Counted from the first letter of the stretch, positions 1-15,977 are shown. The stretch is DNA of 64,000 bases from the human T2T-CHM13v2.0 reference genome, Homo sapiens (GCF_009914755.1 NC_060928.1); one strand, 5' to 3'. Notes: generated by a model not told the origin, from the sequence alone. Program-made: numbers and translations.

Positions 1-284
1 CTTGTTTTAAAATGCTAATCTCCTTACCTCTATATGTCTACATGAATTACAAGTATAGATTATAATTTACTAATTTTATAATATTAATCAGAACCTAATG
101 GAAAGAAAAATTTGGAAAATTAATAGCACTTTCACCAGATTAATTAGCTAGTTAGTATATATTTGCACTGAAAAATAAAATTTCCATATATATGAAACTT
201 AAATAAAAGATTAAATTGTAGTATGTCAATGATATAGCTTTCTTTCACCTGTTTCTTTTGCAATTTATATTTTATTTAAAATTA

Positions 285-425
285 GTATAGACCTTATATA
301 TTAACATATATTTTATATATGTAAATAATATATAATATAGAAGTAAATACAAGTGTGTTTTTATATATATATCACACTTGTGTGATATGTACACACATAT
401 GCACACACAAATATATATGTAACTA
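285..425. repeat. (TA)n/(CA)n low-complexity tract
   Basis: Runs of tatata and acacac read directly. Confidence 0.7.
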
Positions 426-427
426 TA

Positions 428-535
428 GAAGGTGATAGATAACGTTAAATCACTTACCTGTAGTAATAACTTAACTATAAATATGTATATGAAAACATCA
501 TATTATCTACCTCAAAAATTTATACAACTAAAACA
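428..535 (+). mobile_element. Old L1M (L1MA/L1MB-like) 3' terminal fragment
   Basis: ggtgatagataacgttaaatcacttacctgtagtaataac...aaaacatcatattatctacctc resembles the L1MA/MB 3' UTR end. Confidence 0.45.
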
Positions 536-570
536 TAGTTTACTAGAATTTCATGGAGTACATCAACACA

Positions 571-3500
571 TTTTTTTTCAACTTTTATTTTAAGTTCTGG
601 GGTATATGTGCAGGATGTGCAAGTTTGTTATATAGGTAAATGTGTGCAACAGTGGTTTGCTGCACAGAAAAACCCATCCCCTAGGTATTAAGTTCAGCAT
701 CTACTAGTTATTCTTTCTAATGCTTTCCTTTTTCCTACCCCCACGGACAGGCCTCAGTTTGTGTTGTTTCCAACCCACCCTACCATGTGTCTGTGTGTTC
801 TAATTGTTCTGCTCCCACTTAGAAGTGAGCACATGTGTTTAGTTTTCTGTTCCTGTGTTAGTTTGCTAAGGACACTAACTTCCAGCTTCATCCATGTTCC
901 TGCAAAGGACATGATCTTGTTCCCTTTTATGGCTGCATAGTATTCCATGGTGTATATGTACCACATTTTCTTTGTCCAGTCTCTCATTGATGGGCATTTC
1001 AGTTGATTCCATATCTTTGGTATTGTAAATAGTGAGGCAATGAACATATGCCTGCATGCATCTTTATAACAGAATGATTTATGTTCCTTTGGGTACATAC
1101 TCAGTAATGGGATTGCTGGGTCAAATGGTACTTTTGTTTCTAGAATTTTGAGGAATTGCCACACTTTCTTCCACAATGTTTGAACTAATTTATACTTTCA
1201 CCAACAGTGTAAAAACATTCCTTTTTCTCAGCATCCTCACTGGCATCTGTTGTTTCTTGACTTTTTAATAATTGCCATTCTGACTGGAATGAGATGGTAT
1301 CTTATTGTGGTTTTGAATTGGATTTCTCTAATGTTCAGTCATGTGATTTTTTTCATGTTTTTTGGCCACAAGAATGTCCTCCTTTGAGAACTGTCTGTTA
1401 ATGCCTCTTGCCCAATTTTTAATGAGGTTGTTTGGTTTGTTTTTTTCTCATAAACTTGTTTTAATTCATTGCAGATTCTGGATATTAGACCTCTCACAGA
1501 GAGATAAATTGCAATTTTTTTTTCTAATTCTACAGGTTGTCTGTTCACTTTGATGATAGTTTCTTTTGCTGTGCAGATGCTCTTTAATTAGTTTCCATTT
1601 GTCAATTTTTGCTTTTGTTGCAACTGCTTTTGGCATTTTCATCATAAAATCTTTGCTTGTGCCTATGTCCTTAATGGTATTGTCTAGATTTTTTTTTCTA
1701 GCATTTTTATAGTTTTGAGTTTTACATTTAAGTTTTAGTTCATCTTGAGTTAATTTTTGTTTAAAGATAAGAAAGGGGTCCAGTTTCAATTCTCTTCATA
1801 TGGCTAGCAAGTTCTCCCAGCATCATTTATTAAGTAAAATATCTTCTCCCCATTGCTTGTTTTGTCATATTTGTCATAGATCAAATGGTTGTTAAGTGTG
1901 CAGTCTTGTTTATGAGTTCTCTATTCTGTTCCATTATCTATGTGTCTGTTTTTGTAACAGTACCATGCTGTTTTGGTTACTGTAGCCTTGTAGTATAGTT
2001 TAAAGTCAGGTAGTGTGATGTCTTCATCTTTTTTTGTTTTGTTTGTTTGTTTTTTCTTAGGATTGTCTTGGCTATAGGGCTCTTTTTTGTTTCCATATGA
2101 ATTTTAAAATAGTTTTTTTTTCTTATTCTGTGAAGAATGTCAGCGGTAGTTTAATAACAATAACATTGAATCTATAAATTACCTTGGGCAGTATGACCAT
2201 TTTCACGACATTTATTCTTCCTGTCCATGAGCATGGAATATTTTTTCATTTGTTTTTGTCCTCTCTGATTTCTTTGAGCAGCAGTTTGTAGTTCTTCTTG
2301 AAGATGTCCTTCACTTCCCTTGTTAGCTGTATTCCTAGATATTTTATTCTCTTTGTAGCAATTGAGAATAGGAGTTCATTCATGATTTGGCTCTCTGCTT
2401 GCCTGTTCTTGGTGTATAGGAATGCTAGCGATTTTTGCAGATCAATTTTGTATACTGAAACTTTGCTGAAGTTGCTTATCAGCTTAAGAAGCTTTTGGGC
2501 TGAAACAATGGGGTCTTGTAGATATAGGATCATGTCATCTGCAAACAAAGATAATTTGACTTCCTCTCTTGCTATTTGAATACTCTTTATTTCTTTCTCT
2601 TGCCTGATTGCCCTGGCCAGAACTTCCAATACTATGTTAAATAGAAGTGATCAGAGAGGGCATTCTTATCTCGTGCTTATTTTCAAGGGGTGAATGCTCC
2701 CAGCTTTTTCCCATTCAGTATAATATTGGCTGTGGGTTTTCATATATGGCTCTTATTATTTTGAGGTATGCTCCTTTAATACTGAGTTTATTAAGAGTTT
2801 TTATACTAAAGGGAATCTGAATTTCATCAAAGTTTTTTTGTGTTTATTGGGATAATCATGTTGTTTTTGTCTTTAGTTTTGTTTATGGAATGAACTACAT
2901 GTATCGATTTGTATATGTTGAACCAATCTTGCATCTCAGGAATGAACCTTACTTAATCATTGTGGGTACGCTTTTTGATGTGCTGCTGGATTCTGTTTGC
3001 CAGTATTTTATTGAGGGTCTTTGCATCAATATTCCTTGGGGATATTGGCCTGAAGTTTGCTGTTGTTGTTTGTTTTTTTGTATTTCTAACAAGTTTTTAT
3101 ATCCAGATGATGCTGGCCTCAGAAAATGGGTTTAGGAGAAGTTCCTCCTTTCCCATTGTTTGGAATGGTTTCTGAAGAAATGGTAGCAGCTCCTCTTTGT
3201 ACCTCTGGTAGAATTTAGCAGTAAATCTGTCTAGACCTGGGCTTTATTTGGTTGGTAAGCTATTTATTACTGCCTCAATTTCAGAACTTATTATCAGTCT
3301 ATTCAGGGATTCAATTTCTTCCTGGTTCAGTCTTGAGAAGGTATATGCATCCAGGAATGTATCCATTTCTTTTTGATTTTCTAGTTTATGTGCATAGAGG
3401 TATTTATAGTATTCTCTGATGATTGTATTTCTGTGGGATCAGTGGTGATATTCTTCTTATCATTTCTGATTCTATTTGATTATTCTCCTTTTTCTTTATT

Positions 3501-6500
3501 AGTCTAGCTAGTGGTCTATGTATTTTATTAATTTTTTCAAAGCCAAAAAAAAAAAAAAAGCCCAGGTCCTGGATTTGTTTATTTTTTGAAGGGTTTTTGT
3601 GTTTCTATCTCCTTCAGTTCTACTCTGATCTTTGTTATTTCTTGCCTTCTGCTAGCTTTGGTGTTTGTTTGCTTTTGGTTCTCTAGTTCTTTTAGTTGTG
3701 ATGTCACATTGCCAATTTGAAATCTTCCTAGCCTTTCGATGTGGGCAGTTAGTGTTATAAATTTCCCTCTTAGCACCACTTTAGCTGTGTCTCAGAGATT
3801 CTGGCATGTTGTCCTTTTGTTCTCATTAGTTTCACAGAACTTCTTGATTTCTGCCTTAATTTCATTATTTACACAGGAGTCATTCAGGAGCAGATTGTTC
3901 AATTTACATGTAGTTGTGTGTGTTTGAGTGGGTTTCTTAACGTTGAGTTGTAAGAGAGTCTGAGAGACTGTTTATTATTATTTCAGTTCCTTTGCATTTT
4001 CTGAGGAGTGTTTTACTTCCAATTACGTGATAAATTTTAGAGTAAGTGTATATCTCTTGTTTTGGGGTAGATAGGTTTGTAGATATCTATGAGGTCCACT
4101 TGTTCCAGAGCTGAGTTCAGTTCCTAAATATCTTTGTTAATTTTCAGTCTCAATTATGTAATATTGTCAGTGGGGTTTTAAACTCTCCCACTATTATTCT
4201 GTGGGAGTCTAACTCTCTTTGTAGGTCTCTAAGAACTTGCTTTCCGAATCTGGATACTCCTGTATTGGGTCCATATTTATTTAGGATAGTTAGTACTTTT
4301 TCTTGAATTGAACCCTTTACCACTGTGTAATGCCGTTCTTTGTCTTTTTTGATCTTTTTTGGTTTGAATAAGCCTTAACTGTTTATTCAGCTTTCTATTC
4401 TAGGGCATTTAGTCCATTTACATTTAAGGTTAATATTAATGTGTGTGAATTTGATCCCATCTTCATGATGCTAGCCAGTTATTTTGCAGATTTTTATGTA
4501 ATTGTTTCATAGTGTTACTGGCCTTTATACTTTATTGTGTTTTTGTAGTGGCTGGTAATGGTCTTTTCTTTCCATATTTAGTTCTTCCTTCAGAAGCTCT
4601 TGCAAGGCAGGCCTAGTAGTGACAAATTTTCATAGCATTTGGTTGTCTGAAAAGGATCTTCTTTCTCCCTCACTTATGAAGCTTAGTTTGGCTGGATATG
4701 AAACTCTGGGTTGGAAATTCTTTTCTCTAAGAATGAATAATTATATTGGCCCCCAATCTTTTCTGGCTTGTAGGGTTTCCACTGAGAGGTCCACTGTTAG
4801 TGTAATGGATGATCTGGTCTTTCTCTCTGGCTGTCCTTAACATTATTTCTTTCATGTCAACCTTGGAGTATCTAGTGATTATGTTTCTTGGGGTTAGTTT
4901 TTTATGGAGTATCTTACTGGTGTTCTCTGAATTTCCTGAATTTAAATGTTAGCCTGTCTTTCTAGGTTTGGGAAGTTCTCCTGGATGATATCCTGAAATA
5001 TATTTTCCAACTTAGTTCCTTTCTCCCTGTTTCTTTCAGGTATGCCAATCAGTTGTAGGTTTGGTCTTTTTACATAATACCATATTTCTGAGAAGTTTTG
5101 TTTGTTTCTTTTTATTCTTTTTTTCTCTGTTCTTATCTGCTTGTCTTATTTTGGAGAGATAGTGTTCAAGCACTGAGATTATTATCTCCATTTGATCTAT
5201 TTGGCTATTGATACTTGTGATTACATTGTGAAGTTCTTGTGTTGTGTTTTTTAGCTCTATAATGTCATCTATGTTCCTCTCTAAACTGGCTATTCTGTTT
5301 ATCATCTCTTATAATGTGTTATTATGATTCTTAGCTTTTTTGCATTGGGTTAGAACATGCTCCTTTAGCTCAACAAAGTTTGTTATTACCCACCTTCTGA
5401 AGCCTACTTCTGTCAATTCAGCCATCTCAGCCTCAGCCCAGTTCTTTGCCCTTGCACGAGTGAGATTATTTAGAGGAGAAGAGGCACTCTGGTTTTTGAG
5501 TTTTTGGTGTTTTTGCATTGATTCTTTCTTTTATCTTTGTGGGCTTATCTACTTTTGATCTTTGAGGTTGCTGACCTTTGAATGGGTTTTTTGTGGGGTC
5601 TTTTTTGTTGATGTTGTTGTTGCTTTCTGTTTCTTTGTTTTTCTTTTAACAATCATGCCCCTCCTCCATAGGGCTGCTTGAGTTTGGTGGGGGTATACTC
5701 CAAACCCTAATCACCTGGGTCCATCCTGCACCTGGAGGTGTCATCAGCAAAGGCTGCAAAACAATAAAGATAGCAGCCTGCTGCTACTTTTGGGAGCTCT
5801 GTCCTAGAGGGGCACTGAGCTGATGCCAGCCCAAATGTTCCTGTAGGAGATTTCTGGAGACTTCTCTTGAGAGGTTGCACCTAGTCAGAAGGAATGGGGT
5901 TAGTGATCCACTTAAAGAAGTAGTTGGGTTGCCCCTTGGCGGAGTGGATGCATTGCGTTGGTGGGAACCTTCCTTGTCTAGACCACCCAGACTCTCCAGA
6001 GCCAGCAGGCAGGAAAAGATAAGTGGGGTGAACTTCAGAGACTGCAGCAGTCCCTCCCGCCAGGGTCTCTGTCCCAGGAAGATCAAAGTTCTCTTTGTAA
6101 CTGACTGGAGTTGCCGAAATTCCTGCAAGGAGGCCTCATCCGGTGAGGAGGAATGCATTGTGTTTCCACTTAAAGAAGCAGTCTTGCCATGATATGCCAC
6201 AGCAGTGGAGCTGCACTGTAGGAATTTCCTCTCTGTCTGAACTGCGCAGACTCTCCAGAACCAGCAGACCAGGACAGCTAACTTGAGCCAAAGAATGGCG
6301 ACCACTTTTTCCCTATGGGAAATCAGTTGTCTCAGGCAGTCTCCAGCCTGCTGCTGCTGTGCTGCTGGCTGGCTGGAATTCCAAGTCAGGGGTTGTTAAC
6401 ATGTGAGTTGGTTCTGCTGAATGACGTTGCTTGACTCCCTGGCTTCAACTCCTTTCCTAGGGGAATGGATGGATCTCTTGCCTCACCGGAATTCCCAGGG

Positions 6501-6918
6501 CCAAAGTATGCAAAAACACCTGTGTCTCCATGCATGCCCAAGCAGCCATGGAGAGTCTGCATGCCTCTGTGATTTGAACCCAAGGCCCTGGTGGCATGGG
6601 CTCATGAGGGGATCTCCTGATCTGTGGATTGCAAAGATCCATGGGAAAAGCTTGGCTTGCCAGGTGGGGTTGCTGCCTCCCTTGGCTGCCTCCCTTGCTC
6701 TAGGTGGGAGCTCTCCTCACTCCATGCTATTCCTGAGTGGGCTGTCACTCCAATCTACTTTTCCTCACTCTCCATATGTCTCACTGACTGCTTAGTCAGT
6801 CCCAGTGTGAGAAACTGGATACCTCATTTGAAGGTGTATATTTCACTCAGTGTTTTTGTACTTCTCTGTGAGAGGTGCAGACCAGAGCGGCTTCTAATCA
6901 GCCATCTTGGTCTGCCCC
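571..6918 (-). mobile_element. Full-length decayed LINE-1 (about L1PA10-L1PA13)
   Basis: Poly(T) at 571, then 3' UTR. ORF2 fragments (e.g. 2246-2629 with LFADD) and ORF1 fragments (5036-5518). The 5' UTR ends in gccatcttggtctgcccc (YY1 motif CAAGATGGC on the - strand). Confidence 0.93.
815..4462 (-). pseudogene. L1 ORF2 (endonuclease/reverse transcriptase) remnant with many frameshifts and deletions
   Basis: ORF-track fragments 754-1176, 1339-1548, 1466-1789, 2246-2629 and 3579-3779 translate to ORF2p segments. Confidence 0.85.
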
Positions 6919-6929
6919 AACAAGTTGTT

Positions 6930-7269
6930 CATGACAAGTGCAGATGTATAGCCAAGGAGCAGCAGGAAGAGAGTGTCAGTGAATAGAAAATTACTGAAAG
7001 GAAACATCAAGGGTAGGGAGATAGATGGTTGTTAAACCAACCTAATAGGATTCTTGTTAAAGACAGGCCAAAGAATTAGACAAAATGAGGGGATGCAGAA
7101 TGTTATTATATATCAAAAGGGTGCGGATTCTCACTAAACTAACTAAGCAAGATCCTTTCTAAGACTGGGGTAAGCAGGCAAAGGCAGGATGAGGGCCAGG
7201 GCCAAGGGCTGGTCAAGAAGAGTGCCCCAAGGAGTCTGAATATAGTTTGGTGAAGTACAGTCTTTGTCA
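6930..7269 (-). mobile_element. MER31-like ERV1 LTR, 3'-truncated
   Basis: The - strand starts TGACAAAGACTGTACTTCACCAAACT, matching the MER31/MER67 5' terminus. Internal tatagccaaggagcag and aggattcttg motifs. Confidence 0.65.
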
Positions 7270-7979
7270 AAGCCCAGTATTGTCTCACACTATTTAACAA
7301 CATTGTCGTCAACAATAGTTCACATGTGTAATGGTGGTCCCATAAGATTCTAATGGATGTGTCACTATTGCCTAGTGATATAGCCATTTTAATATTATAC
7401 CATGAGGCATTACACATATGTGAGGCTGATATAAACAAACACATTGATCTATCAGTTTTATAAAAGTATAGCACATACCATTTTGTACAGTACATAATAC
7501 TTGATAATAATAAACAACAATCTTATGAGTTTATATATTACTATATTATACATTTTATTTTTTATACTGTAGTTTTTACTTATTTTAAAAAGTTAACTGT
7601 AAATAGTCTCAGGCAAGTTCTTCAGACGGTACACCAGAAGAAAGTGTAGGAGATGACAGCTCCATGCATGTAATTACCCCTAAGTATTATTTATTGGACA
7701 GATGTGGAGGTGAGAGATAGTAGTATAATTCTGACCCTATGTAGACACATGCTAGGTGTGTATTTTAACAAAAATGTTTAAAAATAAAAAAAAATAAATT
7801 AAAAAATTTTGAAAAGCTTCTAGAATAAGGATAAAAAGAAATAAAATGTTTTGTATAGCTATAAAGTTTGTGTTTTAAATTATTACAAAAGAGTCAAAAA
7901 GCACTCAATATTTAAAAAAAGTTTTTTAAAGTAAAAATGTTACAGTAATCTAAGGTTAATACATTACTGAAGAAATAAA

Positions 7980-8112
7980 GATTGAGTGTGGTGGATCACT
8001 CTTGTAATCCCAATACTTTGAAAGGCTGAGGCTGTGAGCCCCAATGGTGCTACTGCACTCCAGCCTGGATGACAGAATAAGAACTTGCCTCAAAAAAAGA
8101 ACCCACAAAAAT
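7980..8112 (+). mobile_element. Internally collapsed Alu (AluJ/FLAM-like)
   Basis: Left-arm start is joined at gaggctg to the right-arm end, then an A tail. TSD AAGAAATAAA at 7970-7979 and 8113-8122. Confidence 0.75.
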
Positions 8113-8176
8113 AAGAAATAAATATACTCATATAAATTTATCATACCCTAAATGCAAAGTTTACAGTAGTGTACAG

Positions 8177-8500
8177 CAAAGGTCCCCAACCACTGGGCCA
8201 TGGGCCAGTAGTGGCCTATGGCCTGATAGGAACAGGGCTGCACAACATAAGGTGGGTGGCAGGTGAGTGAGTATTACCACCAGAATTCAGCCTTCTGTTA
8301 GATGAGTGGTGACATTAGATTCTCATTGTGAATTGCACAAGAAAGAGATCTAGGCTGCATGCTCCTTATGAAAATCTAATAACTGAAAATCTGAGATGAA
8401 ACAGTTTTGCCTCAAAACCATACCCTGTACCAACAGTCCATGGAAAATATTGTCTTCCATGAAATTGGTCCCTGGTGCCTAAAAATGTTGGGGACTGCTG
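8177..8500 (+). mobile_element. MER1B hAT-Charlie DNA transposon
   Basis: Termini caaaggtccccaac...gttggggactgctg. 8-bp TSD gtgtacag/gtgtataa. Confidence 0.9.
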
Positions 8501-8955
8501 GTGTATAATAACGTCCTTGACTGTTTTATTGGCTTGTTTTTTTAATTTACTCACAACTCACTCACTGCTTCACCCACAGCAACTTCCAGTTCTGCAAGTT
8601 TTATTCATGGTAGGTGCCTTATTTAGTTGGACTATTTTTAATCTTTTATACTGTATTTTTACTGTAACATTTCTATATTTAGATACACAAATGCCATTTT
8701 GTTATAATTGTTACATGCTGTACAGATTTGTAGCCTAGGAACAATAGGCTCTACTATATAGCCAAGCTGTGTAGTAAGCTATGCCATCTAGGTTTCTGTG
8801 AGTACACTTTACGATGTTTGTAAAATGATGAAATAATCTAATCACAAAATGTAAATTTTAGTTCTATTACATATTCACTTTATATTTTATGTTTAGACAA
8901 AAGTGCAAACAATATATTTAAACACATATCCAAAATCTGATAAAACTCATTTGGA

Positions 8956-9249
<294 letters not shown>

Positions 9250-10214
9250 TCATTTGGAGTTAGTGCTTTACAATAAGAAATTGCTAAATTTCATACAGAA
9301 ATAAATTATTTAAATTATATTATTATAATTTATAACATTTAAAAAGTTTATTTTAATCATGGGTATATTTTTAAAATTCTCAAATGTTACATTCAGTGAG
9401 AAATTGAGATAGGTTTCTCATTTTTATGAAGGTAATTATATCTTCCCTTGATTATTTTATTTTTAATTACAGAATAGGATTTGATGTGTTTCTATTTTTA
9501 TAATTGGAACATTTAGTTTGTTAAAAAGTTGTGTTGAAAATTAGCATAGGGTTTTTTCTATCATTATTTTTAATAAAATATAGTTAACTTGCATTTTTAC
9601 TTCAGGCTTCAATTAGGCACCTATTATAATACCCTTTATCTACCAGGGAATTCTACTAAAATATCCCTAGGAAGTTTCATTAAGATTACTCATTTTAAAT
9701 GAATAGGGTTTATATTTAAAGATGGTAATACATATTGCGTAACCAATATCTTTATTTTCCAACCTCATCCCCTAATATACAGAAAGTCTTGCACACACCC
9801 AATAATTGTCTTGTATGCTTTCGTATTTTCTAAGACAGCTGGAAATATCTTTAGCCCTGCTTATGCAGAATGGGTGTACGTAGTGAGATCAGTTTTAAAA
9901 AAATCTCAAGGAGTCTCCTGCCTTTCACATCACTCATTATGTTGCACTTGTCCTTTCCATAAATATTAATATCTCTATCTGTATCTATATCGTCAATTCA
10001 AATGTTTCTGTTTCATCAGATTTTAAAATTTACAGATATTACTACCATTTAGGCAATAGTAACACAGTTCATTTAAATTGTTTCTTGAATAGTTCATATA
10101 AATTGAACTATTATTAAGACGCTACTTACCAAGCGAGTCTCTATATGAATGGCTGTTGAGGGAAACCAACACTAATATACATTGTTGATCCACTCTGCCA
10201 TCTTCATCTGAGAG

Positions 10215-11613
<1,399 letters not shown>

Positions 11614-13776
11614 TGATATAGTTTGGATGTTTTGTTCCTTCCAAATCTCATTATAAACCTCTTTTTTATAGATTGCCCAGTGTTGGGTATTCTTTCATAG
11701 CAACACAAATGGGTTAACACAGAAAGTTGGTACCAAGAGGTGGGGTATTTCTACAAAGTTACTTGAAGATGTAGAAGCAGCTTTGGAACTGGGAAATGGA
11801 CAGAGGTTGGAAGACTTTGGAAATATCAGAAGAAGACAAGAAAAAAAGAGTAAATTGGAGTTCCTTTGACACTTGTTAAGATGCTTTGATAAAAAATTTG
11901 ATCAAAATATGGACAATAAAGGCCAGGCTAAGGAGATCTCAGTTAGGACATAAGAAACCTATTGGGAACTGAAACTAAGGTCACCCTGTTACTCCTTAGC
12001 AATGACATTGGCTGAATTGTGATTGGGTCCTAGGGATCTGTGAAAGTTTGAACTTAAAAGTGATGACTTATGGTATCTGAGGAAATACATTTCTAAATGG
12101 CAAAGTATTCAATAATTGGCCTGGCTGCTTCTAATAGCCTAGTATCAGATACAGGAGCAAATTAATGACAAAGTTGGAAATTATAATGAAAAGAGAAGTA
12201 GAGTTTAAAAGTTTGAAAAATTTGCAGCCTAACCATGTGGGAGAGAAGAAAAAAGCATTTTCAGAAGAGAAATATAATCAGAATATGGAGAAACCTCCTG
12301 CTAAAGAGATTAATATGACTAAAAGGGTGCCAAGTGCTAATGGCCAAGACAATGGAAAAAAGTCTCAAAGGTATTTCCAAAGTCACTGGGACAGTCCCTC
12401 TTATCACTGACTCAGAAGCCTGAGAAGAAAGAATAGTTTGGGCACCCAAGCCTAGGGTTTCACTGCCCTTCACAGCCTTGGGACACTATTTCCTGCATCC
12501 CAGCTGCTCTAGCTCTAGCTCCATTCATGACTCAAATGTCCCCAAGTACAACTCCAGCTGCTGCTTCAGAGGATGCACGCAGTAAGTCTTGGCAGCTTCC
12601 ATAAGATGCTAAGTCTGCAGGCATGTAGAATGCAAGAGTAAAGGAGACTTGGCAGCTTCCACCTAAATTTCAAAGGATGCATGAGAAAGCCTAGGTGCCC
12701 AGGCAAAGGACTGCCACAGAGGCGGAGTCCTTGAAAACAGACTCTCATAGGGCAATGTGAAGGGGAAAAGGTGGTTGGAGTCCCCACACAGAGTTTCTAC
12801 TTGGGTACTGCCTGGTGAGGCAGTGGGAAAAGGGCTACTGCCCTACGGGCCTGAGAAAGCTATAGCCACTGGCCGCTTGCACTCTGAGTCTGGAAGAGCC
12901 ACAGGCACACAACTCTAACCCACGAAAGCAGCCATGCAGGCTCCCCCTGCAATGCCACAGAGGCAGAGCTGCCCAAGGCCTTGGGAGCCCACCCCTAGCC
13001 CCAGTGTGCCCTGGATGTGGGACACGGAGTCAAAGGAGATTATCTTGGATCTTTAGGATTTAATGACTGCTCTGCTTGGTTTCAGACTTGTGTGGGGAAT
13101 TTTGCCCCTTTCTTTTGTCTGATTTCTCCCTTTTGGAATGGGACGGTCTACTCATGCCTATACCAGCATTTTATATTTGAAATAAATAACTTCTTGATCT
13201 TACAGGCTCGTAGGTGGAAGGGACTCGCCTTGAGTCTCAGATGAGATTTTGGACTTATGAGTCAATGCTAGAATGAGTTAAGACTTTGGGGACTATGGGG
13301 AAGAGATGATTATATTTCACAATGAAAGGAGGACATGAGATTTGTGGGGCCAGGGGTGGAATGATATTGTTTGGATGTTCTGTTCCTTTCAGGCCGTATT
13401 TTGAAATGTGATCTCCAATGTTGCATGGGAGACATGGTGGGAGGTGTTTGGGTCATGAGGGCAGATTCCTCATGAATGTCTTGGCCTCATTGTCATGGTA
13501 ATGAGTGAACTCTCACTCTAAGAGTTCACATGAGATCTGATTGTTTAAAAGAGCCTAGAACTTACTGCTTGCTCTCTTGCTTCATCTCTCACCATGTGAT
13601 GTGCTGGCTCCTCTTCCCTATGGCCATGACTAAAAGCTTCCTGGGTCTTACCAGAAGCCAAGAAGATGGTGGTAGCATGCTTGTACAGCCTGCAGAATCA
13701 TGAGCCAAATAAGCTTTTCTTTATAAATTACCTCATTTCAGATACTATTTTATAGCAATGTAAGTGGACTGATATA
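11614..13776 (+). mobile_element. MaLR MST (MSTB-like) provirus: deleted 5' LTR 11614-11721, internal 11722-13361, 3' LTR 13362-13776
   Basis: Both LTRs start tgatat..tttggatgtt. The internal part starts gaaagttggtacc and has a polypurine tract ggggccaggggtggaa before the 3' LTR. Confidence 0.88.
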
Positions 13777-14560
13777 ATTGTTGTTGGGTTTCCCTAAGAG
13801 CTCCTTTTCAAGTATAGCCTGTATTTTAAGCTTTGACAGCTATAATGCAGTTTATTATAATAGAGCCCTGTTAGTGTTTTGGTAAGGGGTGTGGGAAGGG
13901 GAATATTCTATAATGTTATGATTAACTTTCTATATTTATTTGCACTTGTGTCTAAGCTAATATTTTCACAAGTTTTTTTTCCTTCTTCTCTTAGATGAGA
14001 AAATAAAGATACAGGGAGCTAGATTCAGAGAAACATCCTTAGCCCATATTTGATAAGATTAAGTCTTTTACCATGCAAAGTTGACTCTGTTAATGGAGAA
14101 CTCTCAGGTACATTTTAACATGGGTATATTTTTCTTATTGTTTTCCAGAGCCACTGGGAAATTATTCTTGGCTCTTCACAGTGAGAATCTTGTGGGATTG
14201 CTAAAGGATACATGCGTAAATGTGTGCCCCCCTCCCCCCTAGACTGAAGTCACCTGTAGTTTCTCACTTTCAATGCAGTCCACAAGAAGTCTGTAGAAAC
14301 TTATCAGAATTACCATTTAAGTATTCCACCCAGTTTATGCCTCTAGCTGACGGAACTTCTGCTTCAGGTAAGACCTTGGCCGTTACTCTTGATTTGCCTG
14401 TGTGTCCAGGTTTCATAAGGGTGGTTTACCCTACAAGCTCTGTTATCTAATGGGTACGAAAAATATGTTGATCTTCAGTTTGTTCTAATATTAGTTTTTG
14501 TAATGATGGAAGTGACAAGTTTCAAGTTGTTCATATATTGAAGCTGAAATGAAACTCCAA
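13777..14560 (-). mobile_element. Continuation of the old L1M (5' region)
   Basis: Resumes the sequence interrupted at 11613 and resembles L1MC-type 5' end sequence. Confidence 0.5.
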
Positions 14561-14599
14561 GTATGTGAGTTATAATTTGGAATTTATAGGAATCTGTCA

Positions 14600-15370
14600 A
14601 AACTAGCAAGACATAAAAGAAGACACAACAATACAACCAAAACCAAATAAAAAGAGAGGAAATAAAAGCTGCAGTAGATCTAAATAACTAGATTCATTCG
14701 TCATGGACTTTCAAATAACTATGTTTTATATAATGAGAACATTGAAATAAATGATTGATAATTTTTTTTGAGTAGCTGAGCTGACATTTAATGGAAAACA
14801 GGAAACAATAATAAAGAAAAAAACAAATTATAGAAGTGAAAAAAATAATAGGGTAAATTACTCAACTGATTGGTTTAGCACTAGTTTAACTCATGAAACT
14901 CTGAACTGAAGAAAAAGTCAAAAAAATATGCAGAATGACACATGAAAATAAGAAATGTTGAAAAACATAAAAGCATTGTAGTAAAGTATTTTTATGGTGA
15001 AAAAGCTTGCATATGTGCATTTTAAGTCTCAAAAAATGATGAGAACTAATAAAGGCAAAAGCATTAAATAAATAAATAATTGCTGAGTGATTTTGAATTT
15101 TAAAAATTAATACAAATTAATCCACAGATTCAAGAAGAGTCACAATTCCCAAACAAGTACATACCATTGTCTCATAACAGGAAAAAGTACTGAAAATCAA
15201 AGACGAAAATATCTTAAAGCAGTCTGAGAGATAAAGGAGAGATTATGTTTTAAAAGATTAACAGTAAAACTGACTTTTACTTCTTACAAAAAAAAAAACC
15301 AACAAAACAGAATAAGCCAGAAGACAATTAGTTTATATATTTAATTTCTAAAGATTACAAGTGCAATGTA
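14600..15370 (+). mobile_element. Old L1M ORF1 remnant
   Basis: atccacagattcaagaag, aaaatatcttaaagcag and aagccagaagacaat are typical of old L1 ORF1. Confidence 0.6.
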
Positions 15371-15643
15371 ACAATTTAAAATACATTTCATGGCATATGC
15401 TGTATTTTCCTTGTTTGCAATCACAGAAAAACATTATTTTAATTCACCTAAAAATCATTAAAATATTTATTACAGGATCAAATAAAGAGAAGATGAATAT
15501 ATAGACAATTATTTGTAATTTTGATTCTGCATTTTCAAACATAAAGCTATCCTCAGCAAGCTCATTCCCACCCACTTTAATTTTCACCTGTTGTAACAGG
15601 ATAGTATTTAAGGTAACATTGAATTTATTGGATCTACTATTAA

Positions 15644-15977
<334 letters not shown>

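Larger units (their letters stand above)
7275..8845 (+). mobile_element. Tigger3b (MER7B) TcMar DNA transposon with two nested insertions
   Basis: ggtggtcccataagatt, tataaaagtatagcacatac and ccatctaggtttctgtgagtacac are typical Tigger3 motifs. The 3' TIR is not seen. Confidence 0.85.

Noticed and set aside
560-6935. Possible target-site deletion by the first L1 (adjacent MER31 lacks its 3' end)
   Set aside because: A degenerate TSD (aacacattttt/aacaagttgtt) is plausible and the element is too old to decide by eye.
5784-6986. Overlapping ORFs and a duplicated ccacttaaagaag...cagactctccaga block (about 5908 and 6166)
   Set aside because: Inside the L1 5' UTR. The duplication is probably part of the subfamily consensus.
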